Shown piece after piece: positions 14,901-28,785 of a stretch of 64,000 nucleotides of DNA (positions are counted from its first letter, which is position 1; every line of letters starts with the position of its first letter). Under the pieces are notes generated by a model, which saw only the letters and a list, made by a program, of their open reading frames with translations, ran no database searches and was not told where the DNA came from. The translations under genes and the position numbers were made by a program. This DNA comes from the human T2T-CHM13v2.0 reference genome, Homo sapiens: assembly GCF_009914755.1 (NCBI RefSeq), contig NC_060948.1. The stretch is one strand, 5' to 3'.

Positions 14901-17900
14901 AGAGTGTCAATCAACAGCCCAGGAAACACATGAAATTGTTATATTCATGTAGACAGTCAGTTCACAGTTAATGGTGTCACCCTCAAAGGCAACAAAATTT
15001 GGTATATTACTAGGCCATGTACCCACCTGTTGAGACATTTTGGCATAAATTCTTTCCCACAGGTGCACTGTGACGTATCACTGGGTTCATATCATTGTAA
15101 TGTGACTCTTCTGTCTGGACCCTGCCAACAGGGGATATTATCACATATCTCTGGACCTATAAGTAGGGGAATTTTTCTCTCCTGCATGTTCCCTGCCCCC
15201 AGAAGGCATTGGAAAATATTAACTTAACATCTGGGTCACGTGATTCTACTCTCCTGCCTGGGTGTGGCTCACCAAAGAAGTTGTGACATAGCACTGATTG
15301 CAAAATCTATGTGATGTGGCTTTCCTTCATATTCTAGACTCTTCCAAGCCAGCAGATTATTACAGTTTGCAAAGCCCAGCACTGAGGTAGAGTAGAGTGA
15401 CACTCCTCTTTTTCTTTTTTTCCTGGCAATAGTGTGCTTGGTGACATAATCTTTGAGGCTGTCACATCACCAAGATTATATTGTATCACTGGACCAGCAT
15501 AAAGCTGACACTTCTGACTATGCCCAGCCTTCAAATAATACTACACTGTATAATTGGCTCAACACCCAGGTAATGTGACTTTCCTTTCTTGTCCCTGCTC
15601 ACAGGCCAAGTTTTGACATATATCTGGGTTAAGCACACATGCAGAATAATAACTCTCATACCTGGACCCAGCCAGTAGAGATAATTGACTCTCATAGGCA
15701 GTCTCACGACAATGGGTTATGTCCTGAGTTTTTCAACTGTATAAAGTTCACAAAGGATTATAACACTCGGGTATATCATATACAGCCTTAATTGTACAAT
15801 GAGTGTCATAAGAGAGGCCAGAAATGAAGTGAGAATGGGACTTTTAAATGCACACCCAGCTGACATGATTGTCATTCTCACACATGAACAGGGCGTAGGA
15901 ATGAGATACTAATCTCACACATAAAAAAACAGTCAAATGTTTAAATAATTACTCTTACACATAGATCTGATTCACAGGTGGTTTGGTAAAGTTTGAACCA
16001 TGATTCAGCACACCTGTGGTGTTGTGTCTTCCCTACTGGAACACAGTCTTCAAGGGGGATTGGGGCTCCTATACATGAATCTTGACCATTGTTGAGATTG
16101 TGACTCCTCTACTAAGATCTACCTCATAGAAAGAGTTGGCTCAGGTACAGGAAACTAGGTGTTGTGTGGCATGTGAAACTTATTTCCAAGCATATCTGAG
16201 AGTGTGATTTGGACAGGTAACCATGTCCAGCACATGAATAATCTGACTCTCTTTTCTAGGCCCAGAACTCGGATGAAATAGTGCCCTATGTTGAACAAGC
16301 ACCTAAGAAATATGTAATACCTTCTTTGGCCTTGTCTGCAAAGGGCACTTTCATATATCACTGGGACCATCACCCAGGTGATGTGAATTATCTGCCTAAA
16401 ACCTGCCTACAAGAGGAATTGTGTTTTATATCTACATCCACCATGAATTGAAGTGACTCCCTTCTACTGCCTTGGCCCTGCCCTTACAGTGCATTTTGAC
16501 ACATAAGCAGAAACTGTGTCCAGGAGATCATTGTCCTTTTTGCGTTCTGCCAACTGGAACATGGTAACATATCACTTAGCTCAGAATGTAGGTGATGTTT
16601 CCTCGCATTGTCCTCGCCCTGACCACAGGGAGATTGTGACATATTTCTGGGTCCAGCACCCTTGTGAGGTCACTCTCCAGCCTTGGTAATGCACATAAGA
16701 AGCATTGTGACAAATAGCTAGGCCAATTGCCCAAGTGAAGTGAGTGTCCTCTCTAGCAAAAATCCTGCCCAGAGAAGAGGTTTTGATATTTCACTGACAC
16801 CAGCATCCAGGTGATTTGACTCTTCTGCCAGGGTCCTGTCCACAAGGTAGACTGTGACTTCTCACTGAATCCACACCCATGTAGCTGATGAGATTTTCTT
16901 CTCTTCTCTCTGGCCACTGCCGATATTGTGCCTTATACAAGAGACCATAAATAAAAGCCTAATAACAACACATATATCTGGAGCCAGGACATGTGCAGCA
17001 TGGTGACTCTTAGTCTTAAAGCGATACACAAGTGTAACTGTGACATATACCTTTACCCAGCTCCTTAGTGATTTAATAATTCTGCATAGGTATAGCATCA
17101 AAATGAGATTTTGACAAATCCTTGGTATAAGCATCTTCATGATTTGACTGTGTTATCTTAATAATATCCACAGGCGTGACTGTAACGTATTTCTGGCCCA
17201 TCACATAGGTTACATGACTGTTCTCTCCCACCTGTACATGATTTTCTTTGGTAACTGTATCATTTCTAAACACTGTATCCAAATGATATGACTCTCTTGC
17301 CTGGGCCCTGTCAAGAGGAGGCATAGTGACATATTTTGGGTTCCATCATTTACCTGATATGGCAGCTCTCCTCTCCTGCTTGGACACTGCCAATAAGGGA
17401 CACTGTGCCACCAAGCTGGATCTAGCACACAATTTATGTGGCATTTCTACAGGATCCTGCCTACAAAGAGAATATTGGAATATTTCTGGCCAAGAATTTA
17501 GGTGATGTGATTGTTCTGCCTGCTTCATAACCACAGAGAGTAATATTTGTACACAGAGAGTTGCATATTTGTACAAAGTCCAAAGATTACAACACTAACT
17601 TATATTGTATAAACTCATTGGTGGTAAAAACTTTCATAACAGGGCCCAGTAGAAAGTTCAGATTTGGAGTACTGATTATACACCCCAGTAAAATTAAAAG
17701 TTGTCACCATCCTACATATACAATGCCCACTGTGGAATACGGCACAAAGTTGCAATTGTGAATTTATATGTGGATCTGTCTGGAGGTGGGATAATAATGG
17801 GTCTTCTCCTTTAACCCTACATATAAAAGAGATGCTGACTATCAAATCTGAATTGAGGGCAATGTGTAAAATTGTGAACCCATATGAGCATGCAGGTCGC

Positions 17901-20900
17901 TGAGAGGTTTACAACTCTCATGCAGGTTTTATAAAGCCCTCGGATGTAAAGAGTGTCATACATTGGCCCAGCATACATGTGAGATTGTGATTCTAATATT
18001 CAACCTTAGCTGAAAGTTAAAGGTGTCACCCTAAAAGATGAGGAGAGTGTGTCTTATCACTAGGCCTGGTAACCAAGTGTTGAGAATTAGGGCTTAAATT
18101 TTGCCCATAGGTGCATTGTGAATTATCACTGGGTCAGAATCCTAATAATGTGAAACTTCTTCTTGGACCCAGCCAACAGGGGATATTATCACGTATCTCT
18201 GGGCCTATCAGCTAGGTGATGTGGTGTCTCTCATGCCAGTGCCCTGCCACAGTGGACACTGGGACATATCACTATAGTATCTAGGTAATGTGACTCTCCA
18301 CTCCTGCCTGGATTCTGGCCACTGAAGAAATTTTGACATACCACTGAGTGCAAAACCTAGGTGATGTGACTCTCTTCTTTGTCTTGGACTCTGCCAGTGA
18401 GCTTTGTCTTGAACTCTGCTAATGAGGAAATAATAAAATATTGCTGAGCCCATCACCTAGGGGCGTGACAATCCTCTATTTTTCAATCCAGGGTTTAGTG
18501 GTCATGATAATATTATCTGAGACTGTATCCAGGTGATATGACTGTTCTGACTGGGTCCTGACTAAAAAGGAAATTATAACGTATCCCTTGCTCAGCAACC
18601 AGATAATGTAACTCTTCTCTCTTGTCTCTGTCCAAAGGTGAAATTGTGATGTATACCTGGATTCAGCTCATATAATAACTGGATTCAGCACAATAATAAC
18701 TCTCATACCTAGACCTAGCCAGTGGGAGATATTTGACTTTCACAGGCAGTCTTAAGGCCATGGGTAAAGTCCTAGATCTCCCACCTGTAATAATTTACGG
18801 GAAATTATACTACTCAGGCATATCATATAAAGCCTGAATGTTACAAAGAGTTTCATAACAGGTACCTGCAACCAGGTTCCATTGTGACTCTTGGATGCAT
18901 AGACAACTGACATGATTTTCATCTTCACACATGTACAGAGCCTACAAATGAGGTAGTAAATCTCACACACATAAGCAGTTGAAGCTTGAAATTGTTACTC
19001 TCATACACGAATCTGATCCATAGGTGATTTGGTGATGTTTGAACTATGATTTAGTCAAACTGTGGTACTTTGACTTTCCTACTGGAACACAATCTTCAAG
19101 TGGGATTGAGACTCTTCTATGTGGATCTTTCCTATTTTTGAGATTGTGACACCTGTACTTCAACCCAACTTATAGGAGGTGTTGACTCTCATACCCAAAT
19201 CCAGGACTTGTGTGGGACTGTGAAACTTATTTCTGAACATTTTTGAGTGTGTAACTGAGAAGTATAACTTTGCACAGAATCTGAGTGTTTTGACTCTCCT
19301 TTCTAGGCCCAGAGCACAGTTGAAATTGTGACTTACATGCACCAAGCACCTAAGCAATAAGTAACATCTTTTTTGGTAATGAAACATAGGGCACTTTTAC
19401 ATATCACTGAGATCAGCACTTGGCTGATGTGAAATCTTGGCCTGAGGCCTGCCTACAGAGAGCACTGTGGTTTTTATATAAGTTGATTACTTAAGTGACA
19501 TGACTTCCTTCTACTGTCTTGGCCCTGCACTTCTGGTGGTGGATTGTGACACGTAACTAGGTACTGCACCCAGGTGATGTGACTTTTTTGGAGAATGAAG
19601 TTTCTGCCAGTAGGAAGCTTTGTAACGTATTACTTGGCTCAGCGACTAGGTGATATTTCTTTTCTCTTGCCTGTGCCCTGACCGCCAGAGAGATTGTGAC
19701 ATGTTGCTGAACCTAGCACCAAAGCGAGGGTTACTCCCCTGCCTTGATCCTACACATAGGGGCCATTGTGACGTATATTCAGGCCAATTGCCTAAGTGAA
19801 GTTTGTCTTCTCTCCTGCCTAAGTTCTGCTCACAGGGGGGATCTTATATGTCACTGAAACCAGCATCCGGATGATGTGACTCTTCTATCAGAGTCCTAGC
19901 CACAAGGACAATTGAGACATTTCACTGGACCAGCATCCACTAAGGTGATGGAACTTTCCTTTTTCTCTCTGCCCACAGGTGATATTGTTCCATTTACCTG
20001 AGACCAGATAAAAAGCCTAATGATGACGCTTGTCCCCAGAGCCAGGACACGTGCAGGACAGGATCATTACTCTCATCCCTGCCCCAGATTTTCACAGGTA
20101 CTATTGTGACATACACCTTTACCCAGCTCCTGAGTGATTTAATAATCCTGCCTTGTTATAGCCCGCAGATGACATTTGGACCTACACCTTTCCCAGGAAC
20201 CTTTGTGATTTTACTCTTGTGTCCTAACAGGTTCTCGGAAGTGATCATAACATATCTCTGGAGCCATTGTCTAGGTTACATGACTCTCCTCTTCTGCATG
20301 AACCCTGCTTCCAGTGAAGAGTAGCATTTCTAAGCACTGCACCCAAATGACATGAGTCTCTTGTCTGGGCTTTTTAAAGGGGGGGCTTTGTGATATCTCT
20401 CTGGGCCCTTCATTTAGGTGATATGACTCTCCTCTACTGCCTGGACACACTCCACAAAGGGCATTATGCCATAGAGCTGAGTCTAGCACCTAAGTTTTGT
20501 CATATTTCTGTTAGGGCCCTCTCTACAAAATAAAGTTGGGGTATTTCTGGCTTAGGATTTAGGTGATGTCGTTTTCTGCCTGTTTAATTACCACAGATGA
20601 GATGGCGCCGTATCTGTAGACACATCTAAAATACATGATAAGGACTCTCATATGTGAACCCAGCCAATAGGAAACATTTTGACTCTTATAACTAGGCTTA
20701 GGGAGATAAGTGATATCCAGCATCTCCTTCTGGTAAAAAGGTCACAGAAGATTACAACATTCACACATATTTTATAACATCCTTGTGTCGTATAGAGAGA
20801 GTCATAACAGGGCCTAGCACATGGAGAAAATTGGGATTCTCATATGTACATTCAGCTGACAGTAACGGCTTTCACCATTACAGATGATGAAGGCAATTGT

Positions 20901-23900
20901 CCCACATAAAAATAGAACACGCCTGATATTGTAAATCTAATCCCTAGAATTTTATTCCATCATGACTGATATAAATCTTTGCCAAGTGCCTGTGTGAGTT
21001 CACCCTTCAGATTGGTTCCAGCCTACCTATGGGATTTTGGTATCTACCTAAGCCAACCTTGAAGTGACGTGACTCTTTTGCCTGGGCCCTCCACTCAGAA
21101 TTATAACATCATTGGATCCAGCACACAGGTGACGTTACATTCTTGCTTGCGCCATGCTCGCAGATATCATTGTGACATATTGCAGTGTCCATCAGTTAGA
21201 AGATGTCACTCTCCTCTCTGGAAAGGGCCTTGAACACTGGGCAAAATAGTGACCTGTTTCTAGGCCAGGCACACAGGTGATGATGCTCTTTTCCCAGGGC
21301 TATGCCCAAAAAAGGGCATTTGACATATCACAGGACCTATCGTGTAGGTGATACGGCTCTTCTGCTTGAAACTTGCCCAATTGAATAGTGACATACTGCT
21401 AGGCCAGGCACAATGGTGATGGAACTCTTTTGCCAGGGCCATGCTTTCAAAAATGCCTTGTCATATATACCTGGTCCTATCACCAAGGTGATGTGACTTC
21501 CTGCTTGGTCCTGCCCACATGAAGTATTGAGACATAAGCGTGGAATCTGCACCTAGGTGACATAACTCTCTTGCCTGGGTCCTTTTCTAAGAGGGACTTG
21601 TGAATACCTCAGTACCCAGGACCACATGATGTGGCTCTTCAACCTGGTTTTCACCCACATATTAAATTGTGACATATAGCTAAAGAAGCATCTAGGTAAT
21701 ATGACTCTTCTTCTGTCTGAACCCAGCCTACTGGTGATATTGGGCCATATTTCTAAGCCTGTGACCTAAGTGATGTGACTCTATTTTTGTCTAGGGCTTT
21801 ACAATGGTAAGATTATGAGATATTGATGAGCTCAGCATTTAGGTAATGTGACTCTCATCTTGTAACTGAACAACGCCCAGGAACAGATCTTTTGCCGTAT
21901 TTCAGGGCCCAGTACCCAGATGAAGCTGCTCTTCTGCCTAGGTTGTGCATAAAGAGAAAATTGTGGCATATTTCTTGGCCTAGAACCCTAATGATGTGAC
22001 TCTCCTGCTTGTGCCAGGACCGCAGAAGGTATTTCGACATATCTTTGGCCCATTTTCTAGGTGTTTTCACTCTTACCACTTTGCTGAATTTCTTCCACGT
22101 GTGGTTGTATTATATTGCTGACTCCAGCCTGCAGTTAATGTGGCCCTCTTTCCTAGGTGCTGCTTACAGAGGGCATCATGACATATTGCTTGACAAAGAA
22201 CCTAAGTGATGTTAATATTCTGCATAGGTTGCTAAAAAATGGGAATGTGAGAAATACCTTGCTTCAGTCCAAAGGTATGATGATCAAGCTTATGTTGGGA
22301 TTCAGCCAATAGGAGAGATTTTTCCTCTCACCACCAGGTTTAGGTCAAAGAGTCAGGTTACTCATTGCACATTTCTACAAAGCTCACAGTAGTTTACAAC
22401 ACTAACTCATGTAATAAAAATTTCCTGGGTGATACAAAGGGTTTCTTAACAGTGCCCAGCAAACAGTTAAGATTATGATTCTTGACTGCACACTCAGATG
22501 AAAGTAAGTTTTTACCATCCTACATCTACAAAGCCCATTGTTGAGATCCTGAGTCTAAGCAAATACACCACAAAGATGGAGTTGTGACTTTCATAAATGA
22601 ATATGGCCGCAGGTGGGATGGTGACTCATTTTTGGAGCCAACTCTCAGTCATAATAATGATCTCATCCCTAACACCAGTCTATAGGAGAGATGCTGACTG
22701 TCATACCTGGGTTTAGGGCAATATGCATAATCATAATTCTGTAAATGCCTGTAGGCCTCAGAGAGGATTGCAACTCTCATGCATGTTGCATAACGTTCTC
22801 AGGTATTATAGAGAGTGTCATACAATGGCAAGCACACACATGAGATTGTGACTCTCTTATACACAGATAGCTAACATTTAATGGTGTCACCCTTAAAGAT
22901 GAGGAGATTTTGTCATATATCTTGCCCTACTAGCTGGTGTTGAGAACTTTTAGTTTAAATTTCATTCCATTAGGGCATTGTTACATATCACTGGGTCAGA
23001 ATCAAAATAATGTGACTCTTCTTCCAGGGCCCTGCAAACAGAGGATATTTTCCCATATCTCCAGGCCTATTGGCTATGTAATATGTCTCTCCTGCCAGTA
23101 CTTTGCCCAGAGGAGACACTGACATATTGCTGGATTTAGAATCTAGGAAATTTGACCCATCTTTACTGCCTGGATCCTCCTCACTGAAAAAATTGTCATA
23201 TACCATTGAGTGCAGAGCCTAGGTGACAGAAGTCCCCTTTTTTTCCTGGACTCTGTCAAGAGAGGGAATTGTTACATATTGGTGAGCAGAGCACCCACGT
23301 GGTGTCATTATCTAATTTTATAAGAAACCTATCTATGCTGGGGATGGTGACATATTACTTGCAGTTGTACCCAGGTGATGTGGCTCTTCTGCCTGGTTTC
23401 TGCCCGTGGGTAAGGTTTTTGGCATATAACTAGGGAAACATTTAGGTGATATGAGTCTCCCTTTCTGCCTGGGCCCTGTTCACTGGGTACACTGGACTAT
23501 ATCTCTGAGCCCATGAACTAAGGGAAGTGACTCTCTTTTTCTGCTGGGTCTTTACAATGGAGAGATTGTGAAATATTGCTCAACCTAGCAATCAGGTTAT
23601 TTGATTCACCTTTTTTTTTTTTAATCTCAAATCATGCCCACTAACAGAAATTTTGGCCTATTGCAGGGCCCAGCACCCAGATAATGTTACGCCTTTACGT
23701 GGGTCCTGTATGTAGAGAATATTATAACATACTGCTGGGCCCAGCATCCTGAAAATATAAAACTCATGACTTTGCTGGAGGCAGAGAAGGTATTTTCACA
23801 GATCCTGGGCCCATTATGTAGGTGTTTTGGCTCTTATCTTTTTGCTGTTTTTTTTTTTTTTTTTTTCACTTTTGTTTTTGTTTGTTTCCACATAATGGAT

Positions 23901-26900
23901 TGTTTCATATTGCTGAGTCCAGAACTCAGTTAACATGACTCTAATTCCTCTATGTTACCTAGAGAGGGCACTGTGGCATGTTGCTTGGCACAACACCTAA
24001 GTGATGTTACCCTCGGGCCTACTTTTTTTGCTCACAAATGGGACTATGACTTCAGTTCACAGGCATGATGGTCAAATTTATACTGAGATTCAGCCAATAG
24101 GAGATATTTTACCTTTCATTGCTAGGCTTTGGGCAATACATAAAGTCTGGGTTGCATATTTGTACCAAGCTCACAGAGCTTTACAACACTAACTCATAAT
24201 GTATGAACTTCTTTGTTGGTATAGAGAGTTTGGTGATAGGGACCAGTGAAGAGTTCAGTTTGAGATTCTTGATTACACACCCAGGTAAAAGCAAGTGCTG
24301 TCATCATTCTACATGTCCAAAGGCCATTGTTAAGAACCTGAGTTTTACAAATGAATGCAGTGCAAAGTTGGAATTGTGACTTTCGTATGTGGATCTGGCC
24401 ACAGGTGGGATTGTGACTTATTTCTAGATCCAGCTCACAGGCATAAAAATGAGTCTCATTTCTAACCCAGCCTATAGAGGAGATGCTGACTATTATACCT
24501 GGGTTTAGGGGAATATGTAAGGTCATGAATCCATGTGAATATGTAGGCCTTAGAGTGGTTTGAAACTCTCATGCGTGATGTATAAAGCTTTTGAAAATTG
24601 TTGAGAGTCATGCAACGGCCCAGGATACTAGTGAAATTGTTACTCTCATATACACACCCAGCTCAGAGTTTATAATGTCACTCTCAAAGACAAGGGGATT
24701 TGGCCTATTAATAGGCATAGTGCTTAGGTGTTGAGACTATTTGGCTTAAATTCCTTTCCTTGGGTGGATTGTAACATATCACTGTGTTAGAATCATAATG
24801 TGTCTCTTCTGTCTGGACCCTGCCAAAAGGGGATATTATCACATATCTATGGGTCTATAAGCTAGAGGATTTGTCTCTTCTGACAGTGTCCTGCACCCAG
24901 AAGACATTGTGAAATATTGTTTGGCTTAACATCTAGGTAATGTGACTCTCACCTCCTGCCTGAGCCTTGCTCAGCAAACAAATTGTGACATACCGCTGAT
25001 TGAAAAACCTACATGATGTGACTCTCCTTCATATTCTAGACTCTACCAAGAGAGAGGGTTGTTACATATTGCGGAGTCCAGCACATAGGTGGACTGACTG
25101 TCCTCTCTTTTTTCTTCCCTGTCCATAGTGGGCTTGCTGACATATTATGTGAAACTGTACCCGGGTGAAGTGACTCTTCTGACTAGGCCCAGCATACAAA
25201 TGAGATTATGCTGTATCACTGGCTCAGTGTCGAGGTGAGTTGACTCCCTTTCCTTGTCTCTGCTTACAGGTGAAATTTTGACACGTACCTGGGTTAAGCA
25301 CGCATGGACAAAAATAACTCTCATACCTGGGCCCAGCCTGTAGGAATATTTTGACTCTCATAGCCAGTCTCACGGCCATGGGTAAAGCCCTGTGTTTTTC
25401 ACTTGTATAAAAGTCACGAAGGATTATAATACTCAGGTATATCATATAAAGCATTAATGGTGCAAAGAGTGTCATAACAGAGACCAGCAACCAGGTAAGA
25501 ATATGACTCTTGTATGCACACTTCACTGAAATGATTGTCATTCTCGCATATTAACAGGGTCTAGGAATGAGGGACTAAATCTCACACATAAAAAGCAGTC
25601 GATGTTTGAAATAATTACTCACCTACATGGACCTGATCCACAGGTGGTTTGTTAACATTTGAACCAGGATTCAGCACACCTGTGGTGCCGTGACTCCCCT
25701 CCTGGACCACAATGTTCAAGGGGGATTGCGGCTCTTATACATGAATCTTGCCCATTGTTGAGATTTTGACTCCTCCATTTTGATCCAACTTACAGAAAGA
25801 ATTGACTCACATACACAAAACCAGGACTTGTGTGGGATGTGAAACTTATTTCCGAACATATATGAGAGTGTCATATTGGGATAGGTCACTTTGTCCAGCA
25901 AATGAATAATTTGACTCATTTTCTAGGCCCAGATCACAGAAGTAATTGTGCCATATGTGGAACAAGCAGCTAAGCAATAGATAACATCCATCGTGGCTCT
26001 GCCTTCAAAGGGAAATTTTACATATGTCACTGGGACCATCACCCAGATGATGTGAGTTATCTGCCTGAAACCTTTCTACAAAAGGAATTTTGTTATATAT
26101 CTAGGTCCATCCTGTAAGTGATGTGACTCTCTTCTACTTCCTTGGCCATGCACTTACAGGGCATTGTGACAAAGAACTGGGTACTGCATTCAAGTGATGT
26201 GATTCTTCTTTTTGGGTTCTGCCAACAGGAAGCATTGAACATATCACTTGGCTCAGTACCTAGGTGATGTTTCTTCACTTTCGCCTTGGCCCAGACCACA
26301 GGCAGATTGTGACATATTTCCTGGGACAAACACCTATGTGAGGCCACTCTACAGTTTGGTTACTGCATGGAATAGACATTGTGGCAAACATCTAGGCCAA
26401 CTGCCTTTGTGAAGTGAGTCTCCTCTCTTGCCAAAGCCCTGCCCAGAAGAGAGGCTTTTGATATGTCACTGAAATCCAGGTGCTGTGGCTCTTCCACCAG
26501 GTTCCTACCCACAAGGTGAATAGTGATGTCTTAGTGGCCCAGACCCACATAGGTGATGGGACTTTCTTGTGTTCTCTCTGGCCACAGGTGATATTCTGCC
26601 ATGTACCAGAGACCAAAACAAAAGCCTAGTAACAACTCATATGACTAGAGCATACGACTTGTGCAGGATGGTGACTCTTAGACTTAAGCCTTTCCACAAG
26701 TCTGATTGTGACATATACCTTTGCTCAACTCCTGAGTGATTTAATAATTCTGCCTAGGTATAGCAAATGAGATTTTGACAGATACATTGGTCAAGCACCT
26801 TGGTGATCTGGCTGATGTATCTTGAAATGTCCTCAGGGGCTCTTGTAACATATTTCTGTGCCCTTCATCTAGGTTACGTGACTCTTCTCTCCTGCCTGTA

Positions 26901-28315
26901 CCCTGCTTCTTTGGTGGATTGTAGTATTTATAATCCCTGCATCCAAATGATATGACACTCTTGCCTGGGACCTGTCAACAGGAAGAATTGTGACAAAATT
27001 TTGGGCCCATCATTTAGGTGATATTACTCTCCTCTCCTGCCTAGACACTGTCCACAAGGGATATTGAGCCATAGAGCTGGACATAGCACATAAGTTATGT
27101 GATATTTCTGAGAGGGCTCTGACTACAAAAAGAATATTGGAATATTTCTGACCCAGCATTTATGTGATATGGCTGTCAGGCCTCCTTCTTAACCACAGAG
27201 TGAATTGTAACATATACCTATGCATGGCTCACAGCCATGATAATGACTCTCATGTGTGGACTCAGCCAATAGAGGATATTTTGCATCTTATAACTCAGTT
27301 TAGGGACATGCATGATGTCCTGGATCTCCTTCTTGTACAAAGGTCACAAAATATTACAACACTCATACATATTTTACAAAGTCTTTGGGTCATACACACA
27401 AAGTCAAAGCAGGGCTCAGCACACAGATGAAATCATGAGTCTTGTTTGCACACCCAGCTGAAAGTAAGAACTCATTATCTCACATGGATAAAGGTAACTG
27501 TCACACATGAAACAGGGCATGTGTGGTAAGATGGTAAATCTCATCTTTGGAATTTTCTGACAGTGTGAGTATGATATAAATTTTTGCTAAGCACTTGTGT
27601 AATCTGAGGCTCCGGACTTGTTCCAGCTCATAGGTGGGGTTATGAAATCTACCTAGGCCAACCTCGAGGTGACATGACTTTCCTGCCTTGTCCTATCTCT
27701 CAGTAATGATTGTGACATATCACTGGACCTAGCTCCCAGGTAACGTTACATCCTTACTTGCACCCTGCCCACCAAAATTATTGTGACATATTTCTGTGTT
27801 TACCTCATAGTTGATGTGAGTCTCCTCTCTGGAATGGGCACTGCACAACAGAATGATAGTGACATAGCGCAAGGACCGGCGCACAGGCAAGGTTCCTCCT
27901 TATCCTGTGGATGCCTGGAGGAGGGCAATGTGACATATCTCTGGGTCTATCACCTACATTATGTGGCTCTCCTGCTAGGGTCCTTCCAACCTCGAAAGTG
28001 ACACGCTTCTAGGCCAGGCACACAGGTGATGGTACCCTTTTCCAGGGCTATGCTTCACACAGTACATTGTGACATATCTCTGGGCCTATCACCTAAATGA
28101 AGTGACTCTCTCCCTGGGTCCTAACCAGATGAAGCATTGTGTCATAAGCAGAGACCCTTCACCTAGTATGATGTATTTCTCTTGGCTAGGTGCTGTGTTA
28201 AGAGCACTTTGTGACATATCACAGGACCCAGCACCCAAGTGATGTGGCTCTTCTGCATAGTTTCTGCCCCCATGTTAAATTGTGACATATTTTGATGGAA
28301 GCACATAGGTGATAT

Positions 28316-28785
28316 GGCTGTCCTCATCTGCCTGAGCTCTGCCTCGTTGGAGTATTAGGACATATCTCTGAGCCCATGACCTAAGTGATGTGACTCTCTT
28401 TTCCTTCCTGGGCCTTCATAAAAGGAGGATTTTGTCACATTGCTGAGCCCAGGACTCAGGATATGTGACTCTCGGCTGTCCTCACCTGCCTGAGCTCTGC
28501 CTAGTTGGAGTATTAGGACATGTCTCTGAGCCCATGACCTAAGTGATGTGACTCTTTTTCTTCCTGGGCCTTCATAAAAGGAGGATTTTGTCACATTGCT
28601 GAGCCCAGGACTCAGGATATGTGACTCTCGGCTGTCCTCACCTGCCTGAGCTCTGCCTAGTTGGAATATTAGGACATGTCTCTGAGCCCATGACCTAAGT
28701 GATGTGACTCTGTTTTTCTTCCTGGGCCTTCATAAAAGGAGGATTTTGTTACATTGCTGAGCCCAGGACTCAGGATCTGTTTCTC
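28316..28785. repeat. Young tandem triplication of a ~157-bp satellite dimer
   Basis: Three near-identical copies beginning GGCTGTCCTCA at 28316, 28474 and 28630. Confidence 0.95.
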
